From Alphaproteobacteria bacterium (GTDB taxonomy: Bacteria > Pseudomonadota > Alphaproteobacteria > CAAHEQ01 > UBA3637): DNA of 64,000 bases. Positions 38,409-48,642 of this stretch are shown one piece after another; the first letter of the stretch is position 1, and every line of letters starts with the position of its first letter. The notes below the pieces were generated by a model that searched no databases, was not told the origin of the DNA, and worked only from the letters and a program-made list of their open reading frames with translations. Both the position numbers and the translations under genes were made by a program. The stretch is taken from positions 169,944 to 233,943 of the forward strand of contig JAZUQR010000027.1 of assembly GCA_045605805.1 (NCBI GenBank). The letters are read 5' to 3'.

Positions 38409-39416
38409 ACTGTTGGCTGATTTTGTCATCTGTAAAAAGGTATATTCAATCAGCGTTTCTTTCGGAAGACCTGTTTGGCGAGTATTTTGTTCAAGTAAGC
38501 CCAATATATCCAATAAATGTAAAACAGAATTGGGTGTCCAAAAACGGGCTTGACGCAATAAAGGTGTTTCTAAACGAAATTGATGCGAACGCAGGTTTTT
38601 TTTCACGACCATGGGCAAAGGTTCGGAAGTATCGCAAAGAATTAAAAGGAGGCGTTCAAAATAATCTCTGACCGATCGAAATAAAGCCACTTCTGATTCA
38701 CCTGAGGATAAATATAAATGAATAAACTTTTGAACATTTTCAATTTTGCCATCGGCTAAATCAATGCATAAATCTTCTAAAGGTGTGTCTGAGGAGGTGG
38801 TTAAACAAGCTGATAAATCTGCCAAAGTCAGTTCTTTCTGATCACCTAAATAAAGCAAAAGTTTTTCAAGCTCTTGATTGATAACCTGTTGATTAAAAGA
38901 AACTTTTTGACATAACTCATTCAAAACAGTTTGAGAGATGCGTTTGTCGTGTTCTTGAAAATAACCTAAAACAGATTTTTGAATCTCTGCCAAAGAAGGC
39001 GTATAACAAGAAATCGCAAGAACTCTTGGATTTTTTTCTGCCTCTATCCGCAAAGCATTTGTTTTATTCAAATTGCCACCTTGAATAATCAAAAGCGCAT
39101 TCGTTTGTTTATGTTGTAAAAAATGCGTTAAAGCTGCTCCTGTAAAAGGAACATTTGCATCTACAAATAAAAAACGCCTTTCAGCAATTAAAGAAGGCAT
39201 ATTGGCCTCATCCGTAGCAATAAAAGGATTTTTATCAAACGATTCCTTAGATAAAAATAATAAAGAATTGTTTTTTCCAACAAGACCAAAAAGTTGTTTT
39301 AATTGTGTGAAAGCATGGTTTAATTCCCCCTCATCAGAGCCAAACAAAACAACCGCATCGGTGTGTTGTTGTAATTGAGTCGTTAAAGCCGAGATTTGAA
39401 AAGATTTTGCCTTCAC
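38391..39416 (-). CDS. holA: DNA polymerase III delta subunit
   Basis: LFGSDEG, ELEKLLLY; convergent with parB as in other alphaproteobacteria. Confidence 0.85.
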   Translation of the reverse strand: MKAKSFQISALTTQLQQHTDAVVLFGSDEGELNHAFTQLKQLFGLVGKNNSLLFLSKESFDKNPFIATDEANMPSLIAERRFLFVDANVPFTGAALTHFLQHKQTNALLIIQGGNLNKTNALRIEAEKNPRVLAISCYTPSLAEIQKSVLGYFQEHDKRISQTVLNELCQKVSFNQQVINQELEKLLLYLGDQKELTLADLSACLTTSSDTPLEDLCIDLADGKIENVQKFIHLYLSSGESEVALFRSVRDYFERLLLILCDTSEPLPMVVKKNLRSHQFRLETPLLRQARFWTPNSVLHLLDILGLLEQNTRQTGLPKETLIEYTFLQMTKSANSLSGLR

Positions 39417-39871
39417 GGAGAGTTCCTATGTAAAAAAGCCGCAACATGTAAAGCAATTTGCTCTGCCACAATAGAATAAAGGTTTTGTGCTGTTTTTTCT
39501 TCTGCCATCACGGTTGCATAAGGATTGGAAACAACCGCAGAGGAACCAGAAGAAGAAACACTGTTTTCAAACAGTACTTTTTTATTTTTATCTAATAAAG
39601 TATAAGAAGTAGCTGTGGTAATCCGTTGCATAGTGATAAAATCTTTATCCGAGATATTTTCATCAGACAAAGTTGTTTTGGGCGGATGAACCGTTAGTGT
39701 ATAAAGACAGTTTTCCTTGTTTGGAAAGTGTTGTACCAAAGCCTGATAGATTTGAAAACCGGAAGCCTCAGAAATAGGGGCAACACACACCTGATGAATG
39801 GATTTATCCACATACAAGGGTTGAAAAGAACAGGCGGTTAACAAAAAGAACGATAAAAATAAAAAACGCAT
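39413..39871 (-). CDS. lptE: LptE-like lipoprotein
   Basis: LLTACSFQPLY lipobox; directly upstream of holA. Confidence 0.65.
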   Translation of the reverse strand: MRFLFLSFFLLTACSFQPLYVDKSIHQVCVAPISEASGFQIYQALVQHFPNKENCLYTLTVHPPKTTLSDENISDKDFITMQRITTATSYTLLDKNKKVLFENSVSSSGSSAVVSNPYATVMAEEKTAQNLYSIVAEQIALHVAAFLHRNSP

Positions 39872-39972
39872 ACAAACACCTCTTGTTTTTTAATGTCAGT
39901 ATAACGGTTTTTAATAAAAAAAACAAGAAAAAAGAATGGACGAAAGAAGGAAAATAGGGTATAATCTTCAAT

Positions 39973-40827
39973 ATGAAAAAACAAAAAGTATTTATTATTG
40001 GCGGCCCAACAGCAAGCGGAAAATCTGCCTTAGCCATCCAATTAGCTCAACACTTCAAAAGTTGTGTTGTAAATGGGGATTCAATTCAAGTTTATAAGGA
40101 TTTACGCTTGTTATCGGCTCGTCCCAGCCAATCGGATGAACAACAAGTGCCACATCATCTGTTTGGTTATGTGGATGCGTGGACAACGCCGTCTATAACG
40201 GATTGGCTGGAACAAATTGAACAATTGATACCAACTGTTGAAAATCCCGTGATTGTAGGGGGAACAGGTATGTATTTGAATGCTTTAACAGAAGGGGTTA
40301 GTCCTGTGCCGGAAATCTCAAACGAAATCCGCCAACTGGTGCGTCAAATGCCATTAGAGGAGGTGCGCTCCCGTATGAAAGCCTATCCGTATCAAGATTC
40401 TCAACGCATCAGGAGGGCTTTGGAAGTGTTGTTGTCCACAGGAAAAGAGTTAAGCTATTTTCATCATTTACCCAAAAAAAAATATATCAATGCCGATATC
40501 TGTTTAATTCATGTTTTGCCCCCTCGTGAAAAGGTCTATCAATCATGTGAAAAACGCTTTGAAATAATGATAAAAGAAGGGGCTATAGAGGAAGTAGCTC
40601 GTTTGAATGACTTAAAAGCAACAGGTGGGGTCTTAAAAGCCATTGGCGTGCCAGAAATAAAGGCTTATTTGAAGGGTGAACTGTCTAAACAAGAAATGAT
40701 TCAAAAAGCGGTGATTGCAACTCGTCAATATGCTAAACGCCAAATGACATGGTTCCGCCATCATGGTCAGCCAAATGTGGTTGTGGCAAATACTGCGGAT
40801 ATTAAAATAGAAGATATTACAAAGTAA
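39973..40827 (+). CDS. miaA: tRNA dimethylallyltransferase
   Basis: GPTASGKS, DSIQVY, VGGTGMY, TRQYAKRQMTW. Confidence 0.96.
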   Translation: MKKQKVFIIGGPTASGKSALAIQLAQHFKSCVVNGDSIQVYKDLRLLSARPSQSDEQQVPHHLFGYVDAWTTPSITDWLEQIEQLIPTVENPVIVGGTGMYLNALTEGVSPVPEISNEIRQLVRQMPLEEVRSRMKAYPYQDSQRIRRALEVLLSTGKELSYFHHLPKKKYINADICLIHVLPPREKVYQSCEKRFEIMIKEGAIEEVARLNDLKATGGVLKAIGVPEIKAYLKGELSKQEMIQKAVIATRQYAKRQMTWFRHHGQPNVVVANTADIKIEDITK

Positions 40828-40912
40828 TTACATATAAAAAGATATATTTTTCAATATGTTATAAAAAATTAAAAAAAACAAACTGTAAAAGATGTAATTA
40901 CAAAGTAATTTC
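40813..40912. promoter_or_regulatory. Two GTAATTAC-AAA-GTAATTAC-type putative operators flanking an IHF-like site
   Basis: GATATTAC-AAA-GTAATTAC (40813-40831), GTAATTAC-AAA-GTAATTTC (40894-40912), TTTCAATATGTTA (40849-40861); TTGACA at 40916. Confidence 0.55.
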
Positions 40913-40967
40913 CTCTTGACAAGACAAAAAAAATATGTTCTAACTATCTGTGAAAGGAGGCCAAAGG

Positions 40968-42239
40968 ATGAAAACACACAAAAACATCGTTTGGTATGGG
41001 CGATATACCTTTATAGGATTATCTGTGATATGGGCTGTGATGGCCCTGTATGGATTCAAAACATTTGGATGGGTGGGGCGTTTTGCGGATTTATCACCGG
41101 CCGAATTTGTTATTCAAATCAGTGCCTTATTCTTTCCTGTGTCCGTGTTTTATCTAATTGGTTCGTATATGGATCGTAATCAGTTGGCTCAGGCAAGCCT
41201 AAATGCGTCTAAAACTTATTTAGAAGAATTGATTTATCCGTCCGAGTTAGGGGCCAAACATGTGCAAGAGTTGAATCAAGAATTAAAACAGCAAATTCAA
41301 CTATTTAAGGGGTCTTTCACCGAGGTGACACAGCATACAAAACAGGTGCGGGAAGATTTAACACATTGGATTGAAGAATTAAATAATATCATTACACATA
41401 TGGGCGTTCAATCACAAAAAATGGCCGAATTTGTGGCGGAGTTAGAATCGGCTTCGGAAACAGCGAATCAGCAAACATTACAGGCCACAGAAAATATGGT
41501 CACACAAGCAGATATTTTATTAAAAGTCAGCCAAGAAACAGAAAGTCATTTACAAAAGACATCCAAAAATCTGGCAACACAAACAGAAGAAATCAGCCAA
41601 AATATGCATGCCGTCACACAAAGCGAAAAACAAATCTCAACAGCTTTGGATAAATCGGCCGTTCTGGTTCAAGGGCTGTCACAAAATGCCCAAAACATTG
41701 AAAAAGCCATGAATAAAACAAACGAAATGGCGCATTTTTTACAAGAAACAGATAAAGTGTTGTTAAAATTCAAAGAAATTGGCACAACATTGGATATGCG
41801 TTTGAAAACATTAAAGCAAAAATCTCTCCCTGCCACAGAAACAACTGAACAAGAAACAGCTCTACCATCTGCGAAAGAGTTCACAGATAAAATGCAACAG
41901 ATTCTTGAAAAATTACAAGGTCTGTCCGTAGAAATGATGTCGGTGTTTGAACTTAAAAATGAAGAAACACTGTGGAATAATTATTATGCGGGCGATAAAG
42001 CGGTTTTTATGCGTCATATTAAAAATATGTTGGGTCAATCCAAACATCAGCGCATTTTTGACAGTGCTTTAATAAATCCCGATTTTCAAGAAAATGTTAA
42101 AACTTATATGGCAACATTTGAAAGTTTAACAAAAGGGTTGGAAAACAGCCCTTGGTTGGGCGTATTGGTTGGGTCTGATGCCGGCCGTCTGTATATGGTT
42201 TTGGCAACTTTGTTCAAAGGAGAAAAAAATGCAGGTTAA
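40968..42239 (+). CDS. TipN-like membrane-anchored coiled-coil protein
   Basis: Two N-terminal TM helices, long coiled coil, and C-terminal LWNNYYAGDKAVF...SDAGRLYMVL resembling the conserved tail of alphaproteobacterial TipN-like polar proteins. Confidence 0.6.
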   Translation: MKTHKNIVWYGRYTFIGLSVIWAVMALYGFKTFGWVGRFADLSPAEFVIQISALFFPVSVFYLIGSYMDRNQLAQASLNASKTYLEELIYPSELGAKHVQELNQELKQQIQLFKGSFTEVTQHTKQVREDLTHWIEELNNIITHMGVQSQKMAEFVAELESASETANQQTLQATENMVTQADILLKVSQETESHLQKTSKNLATQTEEISQNMHAVTQSEKQISTALDKSAVLVQGLSQNAQNIEKAMNKTNEMAHFLQETDKVLLKFKEIGTTLDMRLKTLKQKSLPATETTEQETALPSAKEFTDKMQQILEKLQGLSVEMMSVFELKNEETLWNNYYAGDKAVFMRHIKNMLGQSKHQRIFDSALINPDFQENVKTYMATFESLTKGLENSPWLGVLVGSDAGRLYMVLATLFKGEKNAG

Positions 42240-42447
42240 ATTGATAAAAATCGGCAATTCATATGGTGTTCGTCTGCCTAAAACCGTGATAGAAAGTTGT
42301 GGCTTTGAATCAGATATAGAAATGAATGTCAAAGGAAAAAGTGTTGTTCTGACGGCCGAAAAACAGCCACGGCACGGCTGGAAAGAGGCCATACAAGACG
42401 AAATCAATTCAAAACCGTTAAGATATTTGGGAGATTGGGAATGGTAA
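42229..42447 (+). CDS. AbrB/MazE-family antitoxin or regulator
   Basis: KLIKIGNSYGVRLPK...PRHGW; AAGGAG SD; overlaps the upstream stop. Confidence 0.85.
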   Translation: MQVKLIKIGNSYGVRLPKTVIESCGFESDIEMNVKGKSVVLTAEKQPRHGWKEAIQDEINSKPLRYLGDWEW

Positions 42448-42755
42448 ATCGGGGAGATGTTTATATTTGTGAATCGCATGGCATAGAAAAACCATGTGTT
42501 ATTTTGTCACCGGATGAAATGGCCGAAACAATGCCGTATATTTTAATTGCTCCCATCACAACGGCCGAAAGAAACTTGCCGTTTCGGTTGGGGGTGAAGT
42601 TGCGTGGAAAACAAGGACAAATTGCCCCAGATATGATGCACGTCGTTCCAAAAACAGATTTGGTCACAAGAATTGGTACTTTACCCGAAAGTTTAATGAA
42701 TGACTTGAACCGAATTTTGAAAGAAATGTTCTGCTATGCATCGGTGGGTAAATAA
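42441..42755 (+). CDS. PemK/MazF-family toxin homologue (degenerate)
   Basis: RGDVY...KPCVILSPDEM...IAPITT; overlaps the antitoxin stop. Confidence 0.8.
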   Translation: MVNRGDVYICESHGIEKPCVILSPDEMAETMPYILIAPITTAERNLPFRLGVKLRGKQGQIAPDMMHVVPKTDLVTRIGTLPESLMNDLNRILKEMFCYASVGK

Positions 42756-44104
42756 ACATAGAAAGTTGTCCCCTTTTGATGGGAACTTTCCACTTGTATG
42801 ATGCCGTTATATCGCTTCACAAGGTGTTGAACAATGCCAAGACCAAGGCCGAATCCATTCAAAGAAGAGGCATTTTGTTCCACCCGATAAAACTTGTCCC
42901 AAATCCGATTGAGCTGATCGGGCGAAATAGGATTGCCGATATTATGAACACTGATAACAAGTTGTTTTTTTTGAACAGTATCCAAATAAGTTGAAACGGT
43001 AATTTGTGAACGGGGTGCGCTGTATTTTAAGGCATTATCAATCAGATTCTGAAATAAATGATAAAAATCATCACGACTTCCCGAAAACAAAGGGAGGTGA
43101 GGATGTTTATTTAAGATAATTTTTTTATTTATATGTTTTGCAGATAATTGAAAATCATCCACAACTTTTTGAATTAAATCATTCATAGAAAAAGTTTGAT
43201 ATTCGGTTAAAGGGATATCCATCTGTAAGCGAGATAGTTTCAACATTTTTTGAACCAATTGCGTCATACGAGCATTTTGTTCGGCAATTAAAGTCAGAAA
43301 TTGTTGTTGCGCTTTTTTGTCATTTTTAGCCGAAGTTTGCAGTGTTTCCACACACCCGTTGATAATGGCCAAAGGTGTTTTTAATTCGTGGCTGGCATTG
43401 GCAAAAAAGTCGGCCTGTTGTGTTTTGAATAATTGAAAGGGCGTAATATCAAAAAAAGATAAAGCAATAATTGCCCCTTTTTTGGTGGGAGCAGGTAAAT
43501 GATCAACCTGAACTTGAAACGAAAAGGATTGATGAAGATGATTTTTGAAAATCCATTCCTCCAAAGTAAATGATTTTTTGGTTTTCAAAACAGTTGAAAA
43601 GGCCTTTAACAGTTTTTTTTCTTTGAAAACGGTTGATAGCTTTTGATTGATAAGTTTCATCTTAAAGAAAGATTGGGCGCTTAAATTGGCGAACACGATT
43701 TTTTGATTTTTATCCAACATCAATAAAGGAGAGGGCAGATTTTCCAGCACACTTCTGTCAGATAAAAATTGATCAGACCACAAGTTTTTGACACTTAAAA
43801 AAGTATTGGTTAAACGCATGGAAGAAAAAATCCCCCATCGCAGTTTGGGCAGTTCCGGTTCAATGCCTTGTGCCAACTTTTTCAAATAAGCCATAAAAGT
43901 GTCTAAATCCTTAAAAACATATAAAACAATAACCGTGCTGATGGCCCAAAAACCAAGCAGCGAGATGAAGGCAGACAACCATGAAATTTTATCGGCCACC
44001 AACAAAGAAAGTAAAATAATCACCGCAGGAATGTTCAAAATCAACACTCTGGCCGATGTTTTCAAAACCTTCTTGATAACATTTAAGACTTTCTTTTTAT
44101 GCAT
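42734..44104 (-). CDS. phoR: PhoR-like sensor histidine kinase
   Basis: PAS region, DFFANASHELKTPL, NLIDNALKYS, FYRV, GFGLGLGIV. Confidence 0.8.
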   Translation of the reverse strand: MHKKKVLNVIKKVLKTSARVLILNIPAVIILLSLLVADKISWLSAFISLLGFWAISTVIVLYVFKDLDTFMAYLKKLAQGIEPELPKLRWGIFSSMRLTNTFLSVKNLWSDQFLSDRSVLENLPSPLLMLDKNQKIVFANLSAQSFFKMKLINQKLSTVFKEKKLLKAFSTVLKTKKSFTLEEWIFKNHLHQSFSFQVQVDHLPAPTKKGAIIALSFFDITPFQLFKTQQADFFANASHELKTPLAIINGCVETLQTSAKNDKKAQQQFLTLIAEQNARMTQLVQKMLKLSRLQMDIPLTEYQTFSMNDLIQKVVDDFQLSAKHINKKIILNKHPHLPLFSGSRDDFYHLFQNLIDNALKYSAPRSQITVSTYLDTVQKKQLVISVHNIGNPISPDQLNRIWDKFYRVEQNASSLNGFGLGLGIVQHLVKRYNGIIQVESSHQKGTTFYVYLPTDA

Positions 44105-44148
44105 AAATAGAGTATAATAGAAAACAGAAAAAAAAGAAAGGTAAAAAA

Positions 44149-46740
44149 ATGGCTAAGAAAAAAACATCTCCGATGTTGGAGCAATATTTTGAAATAAAAA
44201 AGAACTATCAAGAGTGTTTATTGTTCTTTCGGTTAGGGGATTTTTACGAGCTGTTTTTTGAAGATGCGAAACAAGCCTCAAAAGCATTAGACTTGGTTTT
44301 AACCCATCGGGGGGAATATGAAGGCCAAGAAGTCCCTATGTGTGGCATTCCCTTTCATGCTTATGAAAACTATCTGGTTCGTTTAATTAAAGCAGGTTTT
44401 AAGGTGGCGATATGTGAACAAATGGAAACACCGGAACAGGCCAAACAGCGGGCAGGTTCTTCGGCAGTTATGAAAAGACAGGTGATTCGTGTGGTCACAG
44501 CCGGCACTTTAACAGAAGATGCGTTGCTCAGTGCCAAAACAAATAACTATCTGGCAGCCGTTTCACCTGGGGCTTCTTCCTATGGATTGGCATGGATTGA
44601 CATTTCCACCGGAGATTTTAATGTGGAAGAAATCACTTTTGCACAATTATCCACCGCCCTCAGCCGATTGAGTGCATCAGAATTGTTGGTGCCTGAATCC
44701 TTTGAAGAAAAAATGCCTTTTATAAAAGAAGTTTCCTCGACGCAACCGACTTATTGTCCGGATAGCTTATTTTTACCTGTCAATCAAGAAGAGGCTATCA
44801 AAAAATATCCCCATTTAAGCAAGGTGGAACAAACCGCCATTGGGGTGTTATTAGACTATCTTCAAAAAACACAATTGGATAATATGCCTGTTTTAACAGC
44901 CCCAAAAAGATTTGTTGAAAATCGCTACATCACCATTGATGGGGCCACAAGGCGCAGTTTGGAATTGGTCAATACGCTGTCGGATGAACGAGGCGCAAAA
45001 AGCCTTTTAGATGTGATAGACAGAACAAAAACAGGCTCGGGGGCAAGATTGTTATATACCTATCTTTCTTCGCCATTAGTTGTTCTGGAAGAAATCAACG
45101 CAAGGTTGGATAAGGTCAATTATTTTTATGAAAATCCCCTGATAACAGAGCAGGTTCGGACATTATTTAATCAAATTGGGGATGTAGAACGGTCCTTCAA
45201 CCGATTGTTGGCAAACCGAGGAGGGCCTCGGGATATGTTGGTGATTGCTGACAGCCTGAATCTGGTTCCGAAAATGCGCAACCTGATGACAGCCGATCAA
45301 CCACTCAGCCTTCAAGAAAATAATAATCGTTTAGGCATTCACAGTGAAATGTGTGATAAATTAAAGCATTATCTGAAAGAGGAAGTACCGTTGTTGGCTC
45401 GGGATGGTGGATTCATAGAAAAAGGGGCAAGTGCTTTGTTAGATGAAGTAAAAATGGTAAAAGCGGATTCTAAAAAATACTTGATGGATTTACAATACAA
45501 ATATGCCCGCCAAACCGGCATTCAAAACCTGAAAGTGGCTTATAATAATTTGGTGGGCTATTATGTGGAAGTACCAGCCAAAGCGGCAGAACCTTTGTTG
45601 ATGGATAAAACAAGCGGGTTTATTCACCGTCAAACATTGGCAAATGTGGTGCGCTTTACCACAACGGATTTGGCCGAAGTGGCCGATAAAATCCTGCATG
45701 CAGATGATAAAATCTTGAACATAGAGTTGCGGCTATATGAAGAATTGCGTGAAGCAATTATCAATCGGGGAACCGAGATTTTGCGGGCTGCATCGGCCTT
45801 GGCTGAATTGGATGTGGCTACCTCGTTGGCCGAGCTGGCGTTGGAAAATAATTGGGTGCGACCAGAGCTGAATGAAACAACAGATTTATCCATAAAAGGC
45901 GGGCGTCATCCGGTGGTTGAAGCCTCATTAAAAGAGCAAAAAATACCGTTTATTCCCAACAACTGTGAGATGAATGAAAATCAAAACCTGTGGCTTTTAA
46001 CAGGGCCGAATATGGCGGGAAAAAGTACTTATTTGCGCCAAAACGCTTTGATTGTTATTTTGGCACAAATGGGGTCTTATGTGCCGGCCGAAGAAGCCCA
46101 TATAGGCCTTGTAGATAAAGTTTTTTCACGGGTGGGGGCCAGTGATGATTTGGCACGGGGACGCTCTACATTTATGGTTGAAATGGTGGAAGTGGCCACA
46201 ATTTTGAATAATGCCACTTCAAAATCGTTGGTTATTTTGGATGAAGTTGGACGTGGTACAGCCACCTATGACGGCTTATCATTGGCATGGGCGGTGGTGG
46301 AATACCTGCATGATGAGGTAAAAGCCCGAGCTTTATTTGCCACGCATTATCATGAGCTGACAGGCTTGACCGGTAAATTAAAAAAACTGTCTCTCCATAC
46401 AATGAAAATTAAAGAATGGCAAGGGGATGTCGTTTTTTTACACGAAGTGACCGAAGGGGCAGTGGCCCGCTCTTATGGGATTCATGTGGCGAAGTTGGCG
46501 GGCTTGCCCGAAACAGTGATAGAGCGAGCCGGCACAATTTTGGCTCAATTGGAAGAAAAAAAGAAATCTCAAAAACCTCTTTTTGATGATCTCCCCTTGT
46601 TTTCTTCACAACCAACACCCACATATCATAGTGTGACGCCTTCACAGGTGGAAAAAAAGCTTAAAGAAATGGATATTGATGCTTTGTCGCCCCGTGAAGC
46701 GTTAGAGGTGCTGTATAATTTGAAAAAGGAGATTCAATGA
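44149..46740 (+). CDS. mutS: DNA mismatch repair protein MutS
   Basis: FFRLGDFYELF, TGPNMAGKSTYLRQ, DEVGRGT, SYGIHVA. Confidence 0.98.
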   Translation: MAKKKTSPMLEQYFEIKKNYQECLLFFRLGDFYELFFEDAKQASKALDLVLTHRGEYEGQEVPMCGIPFHAYENYLVRLIKAGFKVAICEQMETPEQAKQRAGSSAVMKRQVIRVVTAGTLTEDALLSAKTNNYLAAVSPGASSYGLAWIDISTGDFNVEEITFAQLSTALSRLSASELLVPESFEEKMPFIKEVSSTQPTYCPDSLFLPVNQEEAIKKYPHLSKVEQTAIGVLLDYLQKTQLDNMPVLTAPKRFVENRYITIDGATRRSLELVNTLSDERGAKSLLDVIDRTKTGSGARLLYTYLSSPLVVLEEINARLDKVNYFYENPLITEQVRTLFNQIGDVERSFNRLLANRGGPRDMLVIADSLNLVPKMRNLMTADQPLSLQENNNRLGIHSEMCDKLKHYLKEEVPLLARDGGFIEKGASALLDEVKMVKADSKKYLMDLQYKYARQTGIQNLKVAYNNLVGYYVEVPAKAAEPLLMDKTSGFIHRQTLANVVRFTTTDLAEVADKILHADDKILNIELRLYEELREAIINRGTEILRAASALAELDVATSLAELALENNWVRPELNETTDLSIKGGRHPVVEASLKEQKIPFIPNNCEMNENQNLWLLTGPNMAGKSTYLRQNALIVILAQMGSYVPAEEAHIGLVDKVFSRVGASDDLARGRSTFMVEMVEVATILNNATSKSLVILDEVGRGTATYDGLSLAWAVVEYLHDEVKARALFATHYHELTGLTGKLKKLSLHTMKIKEWQGDVVFLHEVTEGAVARSYGIHVAKLAGLPETVIERAGTILAQLEEKKKSQKPLFDDLPLFSSQPTPTYHSVTPSQVEKKLKEMDIDALSPREALEVLYNLKKEIQ

Positions 46741-46970
46741 ATATCTTTGGTTTATTGATAACAGGGGCTATTTTTGTGGCGATTGTGACACTCATTATAT
46801 GGGTGGGGATTTACATTGCCTTACCAATTATGTTGTTGATGTTGGTGGCATCGGCTATTGGGGCTATTATCAAAGCATTTTTGCCATCAAAACCACAGCA
46901 CCCGTATACCTCCCAAAAACATCATAATAATGAAAATGTTATTGATGTAGAATTCAAAGAAATTAAATAA
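46737..46970 (+). CDS. Small membrane protein
   Basis: ATGA overlap with mutS, GGAG SD, two TM helices, VIDVEFKEIK tail. Confidence 0.75.
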   Translation: MNIFGLLITGAIFVAIVTLIIWVGIYIALPIMLLMLVASAIGAIIKAFLPSKPQHPYTSQKHHNNENVIDVEFKEIK

Positions 46971-47077
46971 ATATGACATTTTTATAAAAGATTTGTGACA
47001 ATTTTGTTGCAATTCAAAAAGAAATGAGTACAATATCCCTTGTAAGTGTTGTTTAACAATAACAAAGGATATGATAA

Positions 47078-48301
47078 ATGAAAAAAATAACACAATTTGC
47101 TTTATTCATTGGGGCCACATTGGGCGTTTGCTCGGCACAAGCTGGTGGTTATCAATTAAACGATTATTCTGTCACAGGTTTGGGGCGTTCATATGCTGGT
47201 GCTGGTGTTGTTGGAGATGATTATTCCGCCATTGCATTCAATCCGGCCGGTATGACATTGATGAAACACTCTGGTGTCCAATTGAGCGGTTCGTTCATCA
47301 ATTTGAAGGCTGATGTGGATTCTTTGAATTCAGATAAACATAAAAAAATGAACTTCTGGCAACCAATTCCAACCGGTTTTGCACAATATAATGTGAATGA
47401 CAGATTTTCCATCGGGATGGGTGTGTATGCCCCATTTGGCTTAAAAACAGAATATGATAGCAATTGGTATGGCAATCAAGATGCCATTTTATCTAAATTA
47501 GAAATCATTGATTTCAATGTATCTGCGGCATATAAATTGACAGATAAATGGTCCGTTGGGGCAAGTGCAATTATGCGCTATATTTATGGTCATTTAACAA
47601 ATAAAGCACCGCTTCCGGGTGGAGAGATTGACATTGAAGTGGACGGATGGACAAAAACCGGTGCCTTGGGGATTATGTATGAACCCACAAAGAACACTCG
47701 CTTTGGCCTGTCCTATCGCTTGCGTTCCACCCAACAGGTGAAGGGTGATTTTACGGTATCCGGTCTTTCTGGGCCATATGCACCGTTTAATGAAACAGCC
47801 ATTGGTCGTGCCTCACCGGCTTTGCCCGAAACTTTAACTTTCTCGGCTTATCACCGTTATAAAAAGTTTGGTTTTTCGGGAACAGCCCGTTGGACCCATT
47901 GGAGCCAATCTTTCCCAGAATTGGTTGTGAAAACAAATGCAAAGGCTATACCGGCTTTAACAGGAGGAACAGAAGTTCGCACAATCTATAACTATGATAA
48001 CGCTTGGACATTAACCGGTGGTGTGGATTATTACTATTGCAAAAACCTCACCTTCCGTTTTGGGGGTGGATGGGATGAAAGTCCGGCACATAACAACAGC
48101 AACAGAACCATTCGTATCCCTGATAACGATCGTATTTGGTTAAGCGTTGGGGCAAGTTATATGAAGAACAATTGGCAATTGGATGTCGGTTATGCCCATA
48201 TGATGGGAAGAACAGCAAAAGCCTTGAATAATACCAACAAAGTGAAATTCAAAAATATGCAATCACATATTTTGGGTATTCAAGTTCAATATAAGTTCTA
48301 A
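47078..48301 (+). CDS. OmpP1/FadL-family outer membrane transporter
   Basis: Signal peptide, LGRSYAG, FNPAG motif, RIPDNDRIW, C-terminal YKF. Confidence 0.92.
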   Translation: MKKITQFALFIGATLGVCSAQAGGYQLNDYSVTGLGRSYAGAGVVGDDYSAIAFNPAGMTLMKHSGVQLSGSFINLKADVDSLNSDKHKKMNFWQPIPTGFAQYNVNDRFSIGMGVYAPFGLKTEYDSNWYGNQDAILSKLEIIDFNVSAAYKLTDKWSVGASAIMRYIYGHLTNKAPLPGGEIDIEVDGWTKTGALGIMYEPTKNTRFGLSYRLRSTQQVKGDFTVSGLSGPYAPFNETAIGRASPALPETLTFSAYHRYKKFGFSGTARWTHWSQSFPELVVKTNAKAIPALTGGTEVRTIYNYDNAWTLTGGVDYYYCKNLTFRFGGGWDESPAHNNSNRTIRIPDNDRIWLSVGASYMKNNWQLDVGYAHMMGRTAKALNNTNKVKFKNMQSHILGIQVQYKF

Positions 48302-48315
48302 AAAAATGCTGTCAT

Positions 48316-48347
48316 AAAAGCCCTGTTCTTTGGAATGGGGCTTTTTT
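48316..48347 (+). terminator. Intrinsic terminator after the fadL-like gene
   Basis: AAAAGCCCTGTTC-tttg-GAATGGGGCTTTTTT. Confidence 0.75.
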
Positions 48348-48432
48348 ATTTTTCTTGACACATAAAAAGACTTGCCCTAAATGAACACCGTAAAACAACT
48401 TTCATAAACTGAAAAAAACGAAAGGAAAAACA

Positions 48433-48630
48433 ATGAGAATAATAAATAAAATTGCCGGCATTTTAGTGTTGATTGGGGCACTCAATTGGGGTTTTGTGGG
48501 CTTTTTTGGATTTGACTTAGTGGCCGCTTTGTTTGGTCCAATGACCATGCTCAGCCGCATTATCTATGGAGCCGTTGGCGTGTCAGGCCTGTGGCTGATT
48601 ATAGATTATTTTGCCGAAAAATCAAAATAG
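48433..48630 (+). CDS. DUF378-family small membrane protein
   Basis: LIGALNWGFVGFFGFDLVAALFG...SRIIYGAVG. Confidence 0.85.
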   Translation: MRIINKIAGILVLIGALNWGFVGFFGFDLVAALFGPMTMLSRIIYGAVGVSGLWLIIDYFAEKSK

Positions 48631-48642
48631 TTCTTTACCTCA

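Noticed and set aside
3020-46740. Alternative genetic code
   Set aside because: TGA terminates genes at expected positions (tadA, mutS), CGG occupies conserved Arg sites (e.g. FTRGETQ in PNPase), and core genes are full length under code 11.
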